Shown here in pieces: positions 9,628 to 18,795 of a stretch of DNA of 62,393 bases. Source of the DNA: Candidatus Roizmanbacteria bacterium RIFCSPHIGHO2_02_FULL_38_11 (lineage in GTDB: Bacteria; Patescibacteriota; Microgenomatia; UBA1406; GWC2-37-13). Each line of letters begins with the position of its first letter. Position 1 is the stretch's first letter. Below the pieces are notes generated by a model. It saw nothing but the letters and a program-made list of their open reading frames with translations, was not told the DNA's origin and made no database searches. Where the stretch lies: the NCBI GenBank assembly GCA_001788015.1, contig MFZO01000044.1:1-62393 (forward strand), read 5' to 3'. Both the position numbers and the translations under genes were made by a program.

Positions 9628-10368
9628 ATGGACCCACTGGATACCAAAAAAAGAATTTTTGCCGCGCATAAACTTTTAACCGAGAAAACAACCTCAAAGC
9701 AAAAACTTGAATCGGTTAAAGCTCTAATTAAAGGTATTAATCCTAGAATTGATACATTCCTGGAAAATTCTTCAAAAGCGTTAACTGATCTTGAAAAGTT
9801 TCAAAAAGGCGACGTGATAGAACTGGGAGCAGAACACCTGCCGGAAAATACCGAAGAAGAAAAGAAAAGAAAAAAGGCGCTTTTATGGTTTATACGGAAT
9901 TGGAAAAGTCTGCATAGCGAAATAGACAGGGTAAAAAAAGAGTTTGAACAAGGAAGTCAAGGAACAGAACAAAAAATACAAAGCGGGGGAAGAATTGCAG
10001 CATTTGCCAAAGGTCCTTTCGGCTTAATGACTGCTTTGGCAATTGTCATAGTTATTAGTCTCTCTGTAATCGGTGGAAAGAAAACAGCCCTGAACCAGAG
10101 CGAGCTCGATTCAGGGTTGCCTAGTACCGATCTTCGATCTGGTACTGGGGCAAAAACAAAAGTAATTGTTGTTGATGGTAAACAGATTCCATTAATCGAG
10201 TTAACTACGGGTCAAGGGTCAGAATGCCTTGATGGCAGTAGTGAAGCTCCTCACTATCACGCCAAAGATCATATCGCAGCCAAAGCCCTCGACGGATCTT
10301 CTGTGACAGATCCAGGCGGCTGCGGATTCGGTAAAGTTAAAGAAGTTAATATAATTGAAGTGGAGTGA
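9628..10368 (+). CDS. hypothetical membrane-anchored protein (246 aa)
   Basis: Central TM helix GLMTALAIVIVISLSVIGG; no recognisable domain. Confidence 0.5.
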   Translation: MDPLDTKKRIFAAHKLLTEKTTSKQKLESVKALIKGINPRIDTFLENSSKALTDLEKFQKGDVIELGAEHLPENTEEEKKRKKALLWFIRNWKSLHSEIDRVKKEFEQGSQGTEQKIQSGGRIAAFAKGPFGLMTALAIVIVISLSVIGGKKTALNQSELDSGLPSTDLRSGTGAKTKVIVVDGKQIPLIELTTGQGSECLDGSSEAPHYHAKDHIAAKALDGSSVTDPGGCGFGKVKEVNIIEVE

Positions 10369-10399
10369 TTTATCTCAATTTTTAAAGTATTTATTTACT

Positions 10400-11242
10400 A
10401 TGAATATAACGGTTATTGGACATGTTTGTATTGATAATAATATTTCTGAAAATACTACTTATACTTCGGCCGGGAGTCCGGCTATGTTCATGACAAAAGT
10501 TTATAAAAATTTTCCTGAAGTAAAAATTAATATCATTGCTCCATATGGGAAAGATTTTCTACCATATTGTAAAGATATAAATATATATCCTAAAAAACCA
10601 ATCGGGGACTGGACTTTAATTTACGAGAATAAATCTAAAGGTAATATCAGGACTCAAAAAGCTTTGAATCGACAATCTGCAAAATCTATCCCAATCGATA
10701 AAGAATTTAAAACAATTATCGCAAGTAGCGACGTGATTTTTTTTGCTCCCATAACCCCTGATTTTTCGATAGATTATGTAGAGAATTTTATAACTCTAGC
10801 AAAAAAAGATTCAGTAAAAATTCTTATTCCGCAAGGTTATTATCGGAATTTTGATAAAGATGATAATGTGATTCAAAGAGACTTTATAGAAGCAGAAAAG
10901 TTGATTCCACTATTTGATTTTGTTATTGTTTCTGACCAAGATCATAAAGATATCAATAATATTGCCAAAAGTTGGGCGGGAAAAACTAATGTAATAATTA
11001 CTATGGGTGATAAAGGAGCGATGCATCTTTATAGAAGTAATTCCATTTTTGCTCCTGTTGATCCAGTTAAACCTGAGGATGTTGTAGACTCTGTAGGATC
11101 TGGGGACATTTTCAGCGCAGCTTTTGGATATAAATTTTTTTTAACAAAAAACATAAAGCAGTCATTGGAATTTGCAAACAATATTGCACGTCAATGTTTA
11201 TTTTATCCTTCAAATAATCTTCAATTTACACTCCCCAACTAA
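10400..11242 (+). CDS. PfkB-family carbohydrate kinase
   Basis: MNITVIGHVCIDN N-terminus and C-terminal DSVGSGDIFSAAF (DxxGxGD); I chose the ATG at 10400. Confidence 0.75.
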   Translation: MNITVIGHVCIDNNISENTTYTSAGSPAMFMTKVYKNFPEVKINIIAPYGKDFLPYCKDINIYPKKPIGDWTLIYENKSKGNIRTQKALNRQSAKSIPIDKEFKTIIASSDVIFFAPITPDFSIDYVENFITLAKKDSVKILIPQGYYRNFDKDDNVIQRDFIEAEKLIPLFDFVIVSDQDHKDINNIAKSWAGKTNVIITMGDKGAMHLYRSNSIFAPVDPVKPEDVVDSVGSGDIFSAAFGYKFFLTKNIKQSLEFANNIARQCLFYPSNNLQFTLPN

Positions 11243-11283
11243 AAAACTGTAAATAACATTGTATAATCTAAATTAACAAAATT

Positions 11284-11619
11284 ATGAAGCTTATTTTAAA
11301 TCTTCTGGTAAATGGGTTTGCTGTTTTTGTGGCTGATTATTTTTTGTCCGGTGTGAAGGTTGACAGTTTTCTTACAGCGGTACTTGTCTCAATTGGTTTG
11401 GGAATTGTAAATACATTTATAAAGCCGATTGTGCTTCTTATGACTTTGCCTTTCAATATAGTAACACTTGGATTATTTACCTTTGTTATCAATGGGATGA
11501 TGGTTATTTTAGTAAGTACATTTATCCCGGGATTTGTTGTAGAGAACTTCGGCTGGGCGATGCTCTTCAGTCTTGTGCTGTGGGCGGTAAATTTTTTCCT
11601 TCACTCTTTAACAAAGTAA
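11284..11619 (+). CDS. phage-holin-family-IV-like / YvlD (DUF360) membrane protein
   Basis: 111 aa, 4 TM; NTFIKPIVLLMTLPFNIVTLGLF pattern. Confidence 0.55.
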   Translation: MKLILNLLVNGFAVFVADYFLSGVKVDSFLTAVLVSIGLGIVNTFIKPIVLLMTLPFNIVTLGLFTFVINGMMVILVSTFIPGFVVENFGWAMLFSLVLWAVNFFLHSLTK

Positions 11620-11624
11620 AGAGT

Positions 11625-13418
11625 TCATTTCTCTCTAAAATATCTTTCGGCTTGAAGAGTGTAGAGAGTTGCGTATTTTGCTTTATTTTTCATCAAGGTT
11701 TCGTGATTTCCATCTTCAATTATTTTTCCCTTATCGATTACCACTATTCGACTAGCGTCTTTTATGGTTGAAAAGCGGTGTGAAATAAATATAACAGTCC
11801 TGTTTCTTGTTTCTTTATTTAATCGGTCGAAAATCTCCGTTTCCGCTTTTGCATCGACGGAGGAGGTTGGTTCATCCAGAATCAAAATCGGAGTTTTTCT
11901 AACCAAAGCTTTTCCAATAGCCAGCTGTTGCCACTGACCTCCTGAAAGATCAACCCCATCCGTATAATTTGATCCAAGTTGTTGGTCTAATTTTTTGGGA
12001 AAATTATTTACGTATTTCCAGGCGTTAGAAAGTTTTAGCCCTTTAATATATTCCTCATCGGTTAGTTTAGCACCTGCTCCAAGTTCCATATTCTCTCTAA
12101 CTGTTAAATAAAATTTTCCAAATGTTTGGAAGAGCGCTGAATAAGTTTTAAATAAAATATTTTCAGGGATATTTTTAAGGTCTATTCCATTTAAAAGAAT
12201 TCTTCCTTCGGTTGGATCATAAACTCGAAGAAATAGTTTGACAAGCGTTGTCTTTCCCGCTCCATTTTCACCGATGATGGCAATGTTTTGACCGGGAGGA
12301 ATTGTGAAGTTAATATTTTTCAAAACAATCTTGGCCGCATTTGGATAATGAAAGGAAACGTTTTCGACGGTAATTGTTGGGTTTTTTATTTTTTCTAATA
12401 TATTTTTTTCTAGAGAAATGCTTAATTTCGGAAAATTAATATTTCTTTTTATGTTGTAATAATCAATCGCATCGTGGATAAAGTGACTGTCAGAAATTAG
12501 CGCTTCTAGAAAATAGGCCAAGTTCCAAAGCGCGCCGTTAAAAACTATAATATTGCTGAAAAGAAAAATAAAAGTACCTGTTGAGATAATATGATTATTT
12601 AATTGGATAACGATCGTAACTAAAAATAGAAAAGAGGCAAAAACTGGTATCATTTCTACGAAAGTTAAATTCAACCAAGCCTGCTTAAATAGGTTTTTCT
12701 GTTTTTGGGAGAAAATGTCATAGATAGACAGGAGCTTATCCTTTATGAAGTTGAACCCTTGAAACTGTTTGATCTCGATCAAAGTATCTCTTTGAGTAAC
12801 CAATGATGAGGTATATTCAAATCGGCGCCTTGTTTCTGAATCCGCCTTGTAAATATTGAATGTTTGTTCTCCAAATTTAGACTTTACAAGAATTGGGATT
12901 ATATTAGCGATGATGATCAAAATTGCACTTACCGGAGATGCGATAAAAAAAATTAAAACAGATATAGAAAGCTCTACTGATTTTTCTAGCAGTTTTATTG
13001 CAGAATTAAGATAGTATTTTAATTGCCAGGGGATTCGATTAAAAGATCTCCAGATTTTATCGTAAGTTTGAGGATTTTCAAAATTAGAAAGATCGAGAGT
13101 TGATAATTTATTGATAAAATCATTTGTATTATAAACTGTTTGCTTGAGATCGATTATATTCCATAAATATTCGGCAAATTTAACAAGAACTTTATTAATG
13201 ATCGAATATATAGTCCAGAGTACAATTAAAGAAAAAATATTTAAACCGAGAATTGTTTTTTGTCCATTGGCCGTATCTATAACTTCTTTAAAAACAAGGA
13301 TATTGAATATCGAAAAAAGTGAGACAAAAGCAATCAGCATTACATAGATTATTAGCAGCACTCCAGAAGCTTTAAAGGTTCTTACAAATACAAATTTAAC
13401 CGCTTGAATTACTTTCAT
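11625..13418 (-). CDS. ABC exporter, fused permease/ATPase
   Basis: Walker A GENGAGKTT, signature LSGGQWQ, Walker B ILILDEPTS; N-terminal 6-TM domain. Confidence 0.9.
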   Translation of the reverse strand: MKVIQAVKFVFVRTFKASGVLLIIYVMLIAFVSLFSIFNILVFKEVIDTANGQKTILGLNIFSLIVLWTIYSIINKVLVKFAEYLWNIIDLKQTVYNTNDFINKLSTLDLSNFENPQTYDKIWRSFNRIPWQLKYYLNSAIKLLEKSVELSISVLIFFIASPVSAILIIIANIIPILVKSKFGEQTFNIYKADSETRRRFEYTSSLVTQRDTLIEIKQFQGFNFIKDKLLSIYDIFSQKQKNLFKQAWLNLTFVEMIPVFASFLFLVTIVIQLNNHIISTGTFIFLFSNIIVFNGALWNLAYFLEALISDSHFIHDAIDYYNIKRNINFPKLSISLEKNILEKIKNPTITVENVSFHYPNAAKIVLKNINFTIPPGQNIAIIGENGAGKTTLVKLFLRVYDPTEGRILLNGIDLKNIPENILFKTYSALFQTFGKFYLTVRENMELGAGAKLTDEEYIKGLKLSNAWKYVNNFPKKLDQQLGSNYTDGVDLSGGQWQQLAIGKALVRKTPILILDEPTSSVDAKAETEIFDRLNKETRNRTVIFISHRFSTIKDASRIVVIDKGKIIEDGNHETLMKNKAKYATLYTLQAERYFREK

Positions 13419-13455
13419 AAAAATCAGTATACTACGATATTAAATTATTGAACTC

Positions 13456-14217
13456 ATGCAATTTAATTTAGTATTAAAAAGCAAGTCAGGAAAACAAATT
13501 TCTATCTTGGTGTTTGAATCATCTACTTCACCAAAGCTGACCTTAATAGAGTCGCATGGGGGCTATTTAGGCTCTAAGGAAAAAGTTGCCGAGGATAATA
13601 AAACACTTGTTGATTGGGCGCTAAAAAATAATATTAATTACATCTCTATCGATCTTTCAAATAACGGAACTCAAAAGGATCAGCCCGTAACAGAACTTAG
13701 ATATAGTCATCGAGTAAAGGACGTTGAAACGGTAGTTGATTTTGTTAAGGAAAAATATAATTCGCCCATCATTTTAATTGGTTCAAGTCTTGGAGGATTG
13801 ATTACCTTAAATGCTGCTGTTTATTCAGACAACATTAAAGGATTAATTTTAAATTGCTCAGCTGTGAAAGCCCATATTTGTATTGAACAGACAATGGATC
13901 AGTCAGAATTTAAAAATTGGAAAACAAAAGACATCGCTATAGTGTGGGGTGTGCCGATGAAGTATGACTTTTATCAAGACGTAGTAGATTTAAACGCGAT
14001 GAAAGTAATTCCTAAATTAAAGATGCCAATTCTTTGGTTTCACGGAACAGATGATATGACAGTACCTATTACTCAAGCGTTTGAAGCTAAACATAATAAC
14101 TCCAATATTGAGTTAGTTGATATAACAGGCGGAGGTCACCGGTTTGGAGATAAAATGAAACCAGGAGAATGGGAAGAAAAAGTAGAAAATTTTATTCTTA
14201 AAACTCTTAATAACTAA
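13456..14217 (+). CDS. alpha/beta hydrolase
   Basis: Nucleophile elbow GSSLGG, FHGTDD, GGGHRF. Confidence 0.7.
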   Translation: MQFNLVLKSKSGKQISILVFESSTSPKLTLIESHGGYLGSKEKVAEDNKTLVDWALKNNINYISIDLSNNGTQKDQPVTELRYSHRVKDVETVVDFVKEKYNSPIILIGSSLGGLITLNAAVYSDNIKGLILNCSAVKAHICIEQTMDQSEFKNWKTKDIAIVWGVPMKYDFYQDVVDLNAMKVIPKLKMPILWFHGTDDMTVPITQAFEAKHNNSNIELVDITGGGHRFGDKMKPGEWEEKVENFILKTLNN

Positions 14218-14237
14218 AACCGCATTTTTTTAATCTC

Positions 14238-14266
14238 TTGACAGAACATACATTATGATGTATAAA
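14238..14266 (+). promoter_or_regulatory. sigma-70 consensus promoter: TTGACA, 17-nt spacer, TATAAA, then 6 nt to the ATG
   Basis: TTGACA at 14238-14243, 17-nt spacer, TATAAA at 14261-14266, ATG at 14273; no room for an SD. Confidence 0.6.
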
Positions 14267-14272
14267 TAAGTT

Positions 14273-14554
14273 ATGATCAGAACTCAAATATATTTACCAG
14301 AGAATCAGACAGAAAAACTAAAAGAACTAGCTTATAAGCAACATATTTCTGTGTCTGAGGTAGTAAGGAGAACTATTGACGAGAAAATTATAAAAACAAA
14401 GCCAAGTGTTAAGCAAAAAAAAACAATAAAAAAATATAAGAATGCCGGCGAGTGGCTACTGTCTATGGCTAGAGATGCTGAGAGAAGAGGATTTAAAGGA
14501 CCTAAAGATCTTGCAAGCAATGTAGACAAATATTTATATGGAGGAAAACAATAA
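14273..14554 (+). CDS. ribbon-helix-helix antitoxin (VapB/CopG-like)
   Basis: N-terminal RHH pattern IRTQIYLPENQTEKLKELAYKQHISVSEVVRR; overlaps the downstream PIN gene by 17 nt. Confidence 0.7.
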   Translation: MIRTQIYLPENQTEKLKELAYKQHISVSEVVRRTIDEKIIKTKPSVKQKKTIKKYKNAGEWLLSMARDAERRGFKGPKDLASNVDKYLYGGKQ

Positions 14555-14972
14555 ACTTTTTATTGATTCAAACTTTTTTATCGCTCTACATAATCCTCTG
14601 GATGCTCTTTATATTAGGGCAAAGCAAATAGCAAATAAAATAGAAAGAAGCAAACTTAAAATCTATTCTTCAAATTTTATTTATCTTGAGACAGTAACGG
14701 TTTTGTCTCAAAGATCAGGAAAAGAGGTTGCAATTACTGCAGGTAAAAAACTGCTTCTGGGCGATTATTATACTGTCGTAAATATTAATGAAGATCTGCA
14801 GTTTAAAAGTTGGTTAATATTTCAAGAGATTAAAAGAAAAAATATGAGTTTTGTTGACTGTAGTATTTTGGCAGTTATGCGCAATATGGGAATTAAGAAA
14901 TTACTGACTTTTGACACGGCTGATTTTGCCGGTTTAAGAAGAAAATATTCATTCAGTTTTTTTAAAGCTTAA
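14538..14972 (+). CDS. vapC: PIN-domain toxin VapC
   Basis: LFIDSNFFIAL (first acidic residue), SFVDCSILAVM and LTFD motifs; 144 aa. Confidence 0.8.
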   Translation: MEENNKLFIDSNFFIALHNPLDALYIRAKQIANKIERSKLKIYSSNFIYLETVTVLSQRSGKEVAITAGKKLLLGDYYTVVNINEDLQFKSWLIFQEIKRKNMSFVDCSILAVMRNMGIKKLLTFDTADFAGLRRKYSFSFFKA

Positions 14973-14976
14973 CAGC

Positions 14977-15831
14977 TTGGATCAATTTTCAATTAATATG
15001 ACTTTGTTACCGAATTTGGAAGAAAGAGTAAGTACAGAAGTTAGGAGCAATTATGAAAAGATAAAAAAAGCTTTAGATCTTTTTTATACGCCCTTATTTT
15101 TTACTTATGTTGGAGTCTTTCCCGAATACTTAAATTATCTCACCGATCAGCTCGTTGCCAATCTGCAAAATCCCAAATTCAATACCTTAATAAAAGAGAC
15201 AAAAGAAAAAATTTATTCGCTGATAAAATCAATTCTTTTCAAATCCGAAGAGATACAAGATTGGCTTAATCGATATGAAAATTCCCCATCTTTTTATAAT
15301 TTCCAGAAAGATTTAGAAAAGATTTTTACTGTTAATCTAAAATTAGTTTTTATTTTTATTGCACTTCGTGAAGCATTGAAGGGTTGGGCAGTAGCTGCTA
15401 AAAAATTGCCGGCTTCCAATATATCTTCGGGCCGGTTGGAGACTCCTTCAACAAAAGATAAAGATTTTATATTTGAAGATGCTTTGGTTTTGCTTCCATC
15501 TACTCGTTTCCAAGGTAGTCCAGATTTAGCCCAAAGCGAGAAAAGGGCAATCGAAAAAGATCTTTTGCCTAGATATATTTTTTTGTGCCAACAGGAATTT
15601 AATCAATTGATGAAAAAAGAAGAGTTTCTGATTTTACGAGGGGGAATAGAAAAGATTATCCTTTCAACGCTTCCTCTAATGCCTGAGAAAATTGTCTCTC
15701 CAATAAATATTTTTTATAAACTAAACGAGAAATATAGAGACTTTCCAGACTTATTGTATTTAATGTCTGAACATTTTCCTACCCTAGCCGTGCAAAAGAT
15801 GATGTTTTCAGGGTTCATGAAAAATTCGTAA
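14977..15831 (+). CDS. hypothetical protein (284 aa), weak DehI-like resemblance
   Basis: Non-ATG (TTG) start in the track; EVRSNYEKIKKALDLFYTPLFFTYVGVFPEYLNYL loosely resembles the DehI-type repeat. Family assignment is weak. Confidence 0.4.
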   Translation: MDQFSINMTLLPNLEERVSTEVRSNYEKIKKALDLFYTPLFFTYVGVFPEYLNYLTDQLVANLQNPKFNTLIKETKEKIYSLIKSILFKSEEIQDWLNRYENSPSFYNFQKDLEKIFTVNLKLVFIFIALREALKGWAVAAKKLPASNISSGRLETPSTKDKDFIFEDALVLLPSTRFQGSPDLAQSEKRAIEKDLLPRYIFLCQQEFNQLMKKEEFLILRGGIEKIILSTLPLMPEKIVSPINIFYKLNEKYRDFPDLLYLMSEHFPTLAVQKMMFSGFMKNS

Positions 15832-15852
15832 ATTATCTTGTACAATTCAGCT

Positions 15853-17013
15853 ATGAATGATCAGATTATCTGCCCGAATTGTAAAAAGCCGATTCCCCTA
15901 ACAGAAGCGCTTTCGCATCAGATACAGGAGAAATATCAGAAGGCTTATCGTCAGAGGTTTGAAGATGAAAAAATAAAATTAGAAACAAATTTGCGAACCC
16001 AACTCTCAAAAAAAATCAAAGAAGAGATGGAATTCCAGATGAAAGATAAAAGTGAAGAGATAGGAGAGTTGAGAAAACAAAATAGGACGTTACAGGATCA
16101 GTTGTTGGAGTTAAATCGATTAATGCGACAATTAAAGACAGAGAATGAACAAAGGAATATAGAGTTTGAGAAAAAGCTTTCCAACGAACAGGAAAAAATC
16201 CGGTTGGCAGAGCAAAAAAGAATCGATCAAGAATACAAATTTAAAATTTTAGAATATCAAAAGAAAGAAGAAGCGGCATTAAAATTAGCCGAAGACTATA
16301 AAAGAAAATTAGAGCAAGGTTCTCAACAGTTGCAGGGTGATGTGTTAGAAATAGAGCTAAAAAACAATTTAAAAAGAGAGTTTCCCTATGATGAGATTAA
16401 AGATGTGTCGACGGGGGTAAGAGGAGCTGACGTATTACAGATCGTCAAAAACAATTTTGGGAAATCTTGCGGCACAATTATTTGGGAGTTAAAACGAACC
16501 AAAGCCTGGAGTGACGGTTGGATAAATAAATTAAAAGAAGACCAAAGACGAATTAAGGCAGAAATAGCAGTCATTATTTCACAGACTCTTCCTGACGGAG
16601 TGAAACATTTTACTCAAAAAGATGGGGTATGGATTGGTGATTATGAAAGTATAACAGGATTGGGACTTCTATTGAGAAACACTCTGCTTGAGTTGTCGAA
16701 AGTCAAGTCATCTGTTGTTGGGAAACAAGAGAAAAAGGAGATTCTGTGGAATTATCTAACGAGTACGGAATTCCGTCACCGGTTAGAGGCAATATATGAT
16801 ACTTATCAGCAAGAGAAAGTTTATCTTGATAAAGAAAAAGAATTTTTCCGAAGAAAATGGGCGAGAGAAGAAAAAAATATCCAGCTTCTGATGGAAAATC
16901 TTTTAGGTATGCATGGTGACCTGCAGGCGATAATAGGAAGATCACTACCGGAGATGAAGGGTTTGGAGATGCTTCCGTCTGGTAAGGAGGAAAAAAATGA
17001 CACGTTATTTTAA
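15853..17013 (+). CDS. DUF2130-like protein (Zn-knuckle, coiled coil, C-terminal globular domain)
   Basis: IICPNCKKPIPLTEAL N-terminus followed by about 150 aa of E/K/Q-rich coiled coil. Family recalled from memory, not searched. Confidence 0.6.
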   Translation: MNDQIICPNCKKPIPLTEALSHQIQEKYQKAYRQRFEDEKIKLETNLRTQLSKKIKEEMEFQMKDKSEEIGELRKQNRTLQDQLLELNRLMRQLKTENEQRNIEFEKKLSNEQEKIRLAEQKRIDQEYKFKILEYQKKEEAALKLAEDYKRKLEQGSQQLQGDVLEIELKNNLKREFPYDEIKDVSTGVRGADVLQIVKNNFGKSCGTIIWELKRTKAWSDGWINKLKEDQRRIKAEIAVIISQTLPDGVKHFTQKDGVWIGDYESITGLGLLLRNTLLELSKVKSSVVGKQEKKEILWNYLTSTEFRHRLEAIYDTYQQEKVYLDKEKEFFRRKWAREEKNIQLLMENLLGMHGDLQAIIGRSLPEMKGLEMLPSGKEEKNDTLF

Positions 17014-17019
17014 TGTGGT

Positions 17020-17664
17020 ATGAAATCTCAGAATAAGCAATTTGATGATGCATTTCATATTGTTTCTCGACTTACAATCATCTTACCAATCGTTATTATT
17101 ATATTTGGTATAGCATTGAAGTTGAGCGGTGGAAGTTCCCAACAAAAAAGTTTCCTAGAATACAGCTTAACACCCACACCAACCAGACCTCAAAATTTTT
17201 TAGACAATTTAAGTATTTCAAAAAAATCTACTGCCTCGGCAAAATTCAGTCTAACAGGACCGCTTAATTGTTTTTTTGAAACCGATGCGGCAACAATAAG
17301 CGCGTATATTAAAGATAAAAAAATATATATCGAGACAAATGGAGAAAAGGAAGTTCAAAACTATCTTTTAAGCGGTGACTGTATCTATATATGGAGTAAG
17401 GGAAACTATTCGGGAGAGAAAATCTGTGGAATCTCACAACAGGTTGGAATTATAGAGGGTTTACTGACATCGAATCTTCTTGACTCAAGCTTTCTTGATG
17501 GAACCTTAAATCAAATATTACCAAATTTTCCAATTGGAAAATCTAAAGACATTTTAAGCTCTGTCCTGAATTCATGTAAAAAAGAATCCGCCAACTGGCG
17601 GACAAATTCTATATTATTTGATATCCCGAAAAATGTGTTATTTAAGAATAGAGCTATAAAATAG
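17020..17664 (+). CDS. hypothetical secreted/membrane-anchored protein (214 aa)
   Basis: N-terminal TM or signal anchor LTIILPIVIIIFGIAL. Confidence 0.45.
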   Translation: MKSQNKQFDDAFHIVSRLTIILPIVIIIFGIALKLSGGSSQQKSFLEYSLTPTPTRPQNFLDNLSISKKSTASAKFSLTGPLNCFFETDAATISAYIKDKKIYIETNGEKEVQNYLLSGDCIYIWSKGNYSGEKICGISQQVGIIEGLLTSNLLDSSFLDGTLNQILPNFPIGKSKDILSSVLNSCKKESANWRTNSILFDIPKNVLFKNRAIK

Positions 17665-17692
17665 AATATTTTATTTCTTAATAAGAAACTCT

Positions 17693-17846
17693 AAATCCTA
17701 ATATCTAAATTCAAATGTTTGAAACAACCACACCTTAAATCCTCTCCTTAGTAAGTAGGGGACAGAGGGGAGGTTGAATGTTTTGAATTTTGGTAATTTG
17801 AATTTTGAACATTGTTTCGAATTTCGGGTTTAGGATTTAGGATTTT
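17693..17846. repeat. AT-rich composite repeat (AAATCCTAA / TTTGAATTTTG class)
   Basis: aaatcctaa at the left end against ttaggattt at the right end; two copies of tttgaatttt; central cctctcc..ggggagg. Confidence 0.6.
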
Positions 17847-17847
17847 G

Positions 17848-17856
17848 TGTTATAAT
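17848..17856 (+). promoter_or_regulatory. extended -10 element (TGtTATAAT), 5-6 nt upstream of the 5S rRNA 5' end
   Basis: tgttataat at 17848-17856; 5S helix I starts at 17862/17863. Confidence 0.5.
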
Positions 17857-17861
17857 TATTT

Positions 17862-17983
17862 TGCTCTGGTTACTGGAGCGACTCGGTCCCACCCTTTCTC
17901 ATCCCGAACAAGGAAGTGAAACGAGTCAGCGCCGATGATACTGCCCGCTTCGGCGGGAGGGAAAGTAGGTCGTAGCCAGGGCA
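17862..17983 (+). rRNA. rrf: 5S ribosomal RNA
   Basis: CCCACC..UCAUCCCGAACAAGGAAGUGAAAC..CAGCGCCGAUGAUACUG..GAAAGUAGGUCG conserved core; a 12-bp helix I closes 17862-17873 with 17972-17983; followed by TTTTT. Confidence 0.9.
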
Positions 17984-18006
17984 TTTTTGTTATATAATAG
18001 TTTTTG

Positions 18007-18543
18007 ATGAATAATCTTCAAACTTCTCACAGTGTCTTACATGCATTTTGTGTCAAACCAGGATATAGATTCGAAACCCAGCACCAAAACGAACAGGTAC
18101 TTTTAATCCTTAGGGCTCATCCAATCACCCAACTTCCCTGGATTATCAACAGTCTTATTCTCCTCATCATATTAATTTTTCTTAACTTTCTTTTTCTCAA
18201 CTTTCTTACGCCTTCTCAGACGATATTTGCTAATTTTTTTGGTCTAGCTTTTATTTTTGCCTATATTTGGTTTAACTTTTTGAGCTGGTTTTTTAATGTT
18301 GGAATTATTACTAATGAGCGAATTATAGATATTGATTTCCATGCAGTCATTTATAAAGAGGTGACCGAAACCCGACTTTCAAAAGTAGAGGATGTAACGG
18401 CCAAAAGCGCAGGATTTTTTGCTTCGATTTTTAACTACGGTACTGTGTTTGTTCAGACGGCAGGCACAGAGGTGAATATAGAGTTTATAAATGTACCTAA
18501 ACCCTCGGAAGTTACAAAAATTATAAATGACCTTGTTCCTTAA
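18007..18543 (+). CDS. membrane protein with C-terminal bPH-like domain
   Basis: Two TM helices, then the ITNERIIDIDFH..TRLSKVEDV..GTVFVQTAG pattern seen in bacterial PH (YdbT-like) domains. Confidence 0.45.
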   Translation: MNNLQTSHSVLHAFCVKPGYRFETQHQNEQVLLILRAHPITQLPWIINSLILLIILIFLNFLFLNFLTPSQTIFANFFGLAFIFAYIWFNFLSWFFNVGIITNERIIDIDFHAVIYKEVTETRLSKVEDVTAKSAGFFASIFNYGTVFVQTAGTEVNIEFINVPKPSEVTKIINDLVP

Positions 18544-18546
18544 TAT

Positions 18547-18786
18547 ATGGATTTTAATCAATTTATCATCTCAATCTCGGGACAAGATATTTTCAGTTTC
18601 TTTTTTAAAACATTCGCCGTTGTGTTTTCGCTTTTATACATAATTTATGCGCTGGTAATTTTTAAACAAACGCAGGTTATGACTAGAACGCTTGAAACCG
18701 AAGCGACTACTTTAATTCTTCTTATATCTTTGATACAAATAGTTGTAGGGATTGGTCTATTATTTATTTCACTTCTTTTGCTTTAA
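18547..18786 (+). CDS. small 2-TM membrane protein (79 aa)
   Basis: ORF 4 nt after the previous stop; two hydrophobic helices. Confidence 0.4.
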   Translation: MDFNQFIISISGQDIFSFFFKTFAVVFSLLYIIYALVIFKQTQVMTRTLETEATTLILLISLIQIVVGIGLLFISLLLL

Positions 18787-18795
18787 TTATTCCAT

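Noticed and set aside
11580-11771. 63-aa plus-strand ORF
   Set aside because: It overlaps the end of the holin-like gene and runs antisense to the 3' end of the ABC transporter. No support.
16703-17053. 116-aa and 60-aa minus-strand ORFs
   Set aside because: They are antisense within the DUF2130-like CDS. Their low-complexity composition is typical of the shadow of a Lys/Glu-rich gene.
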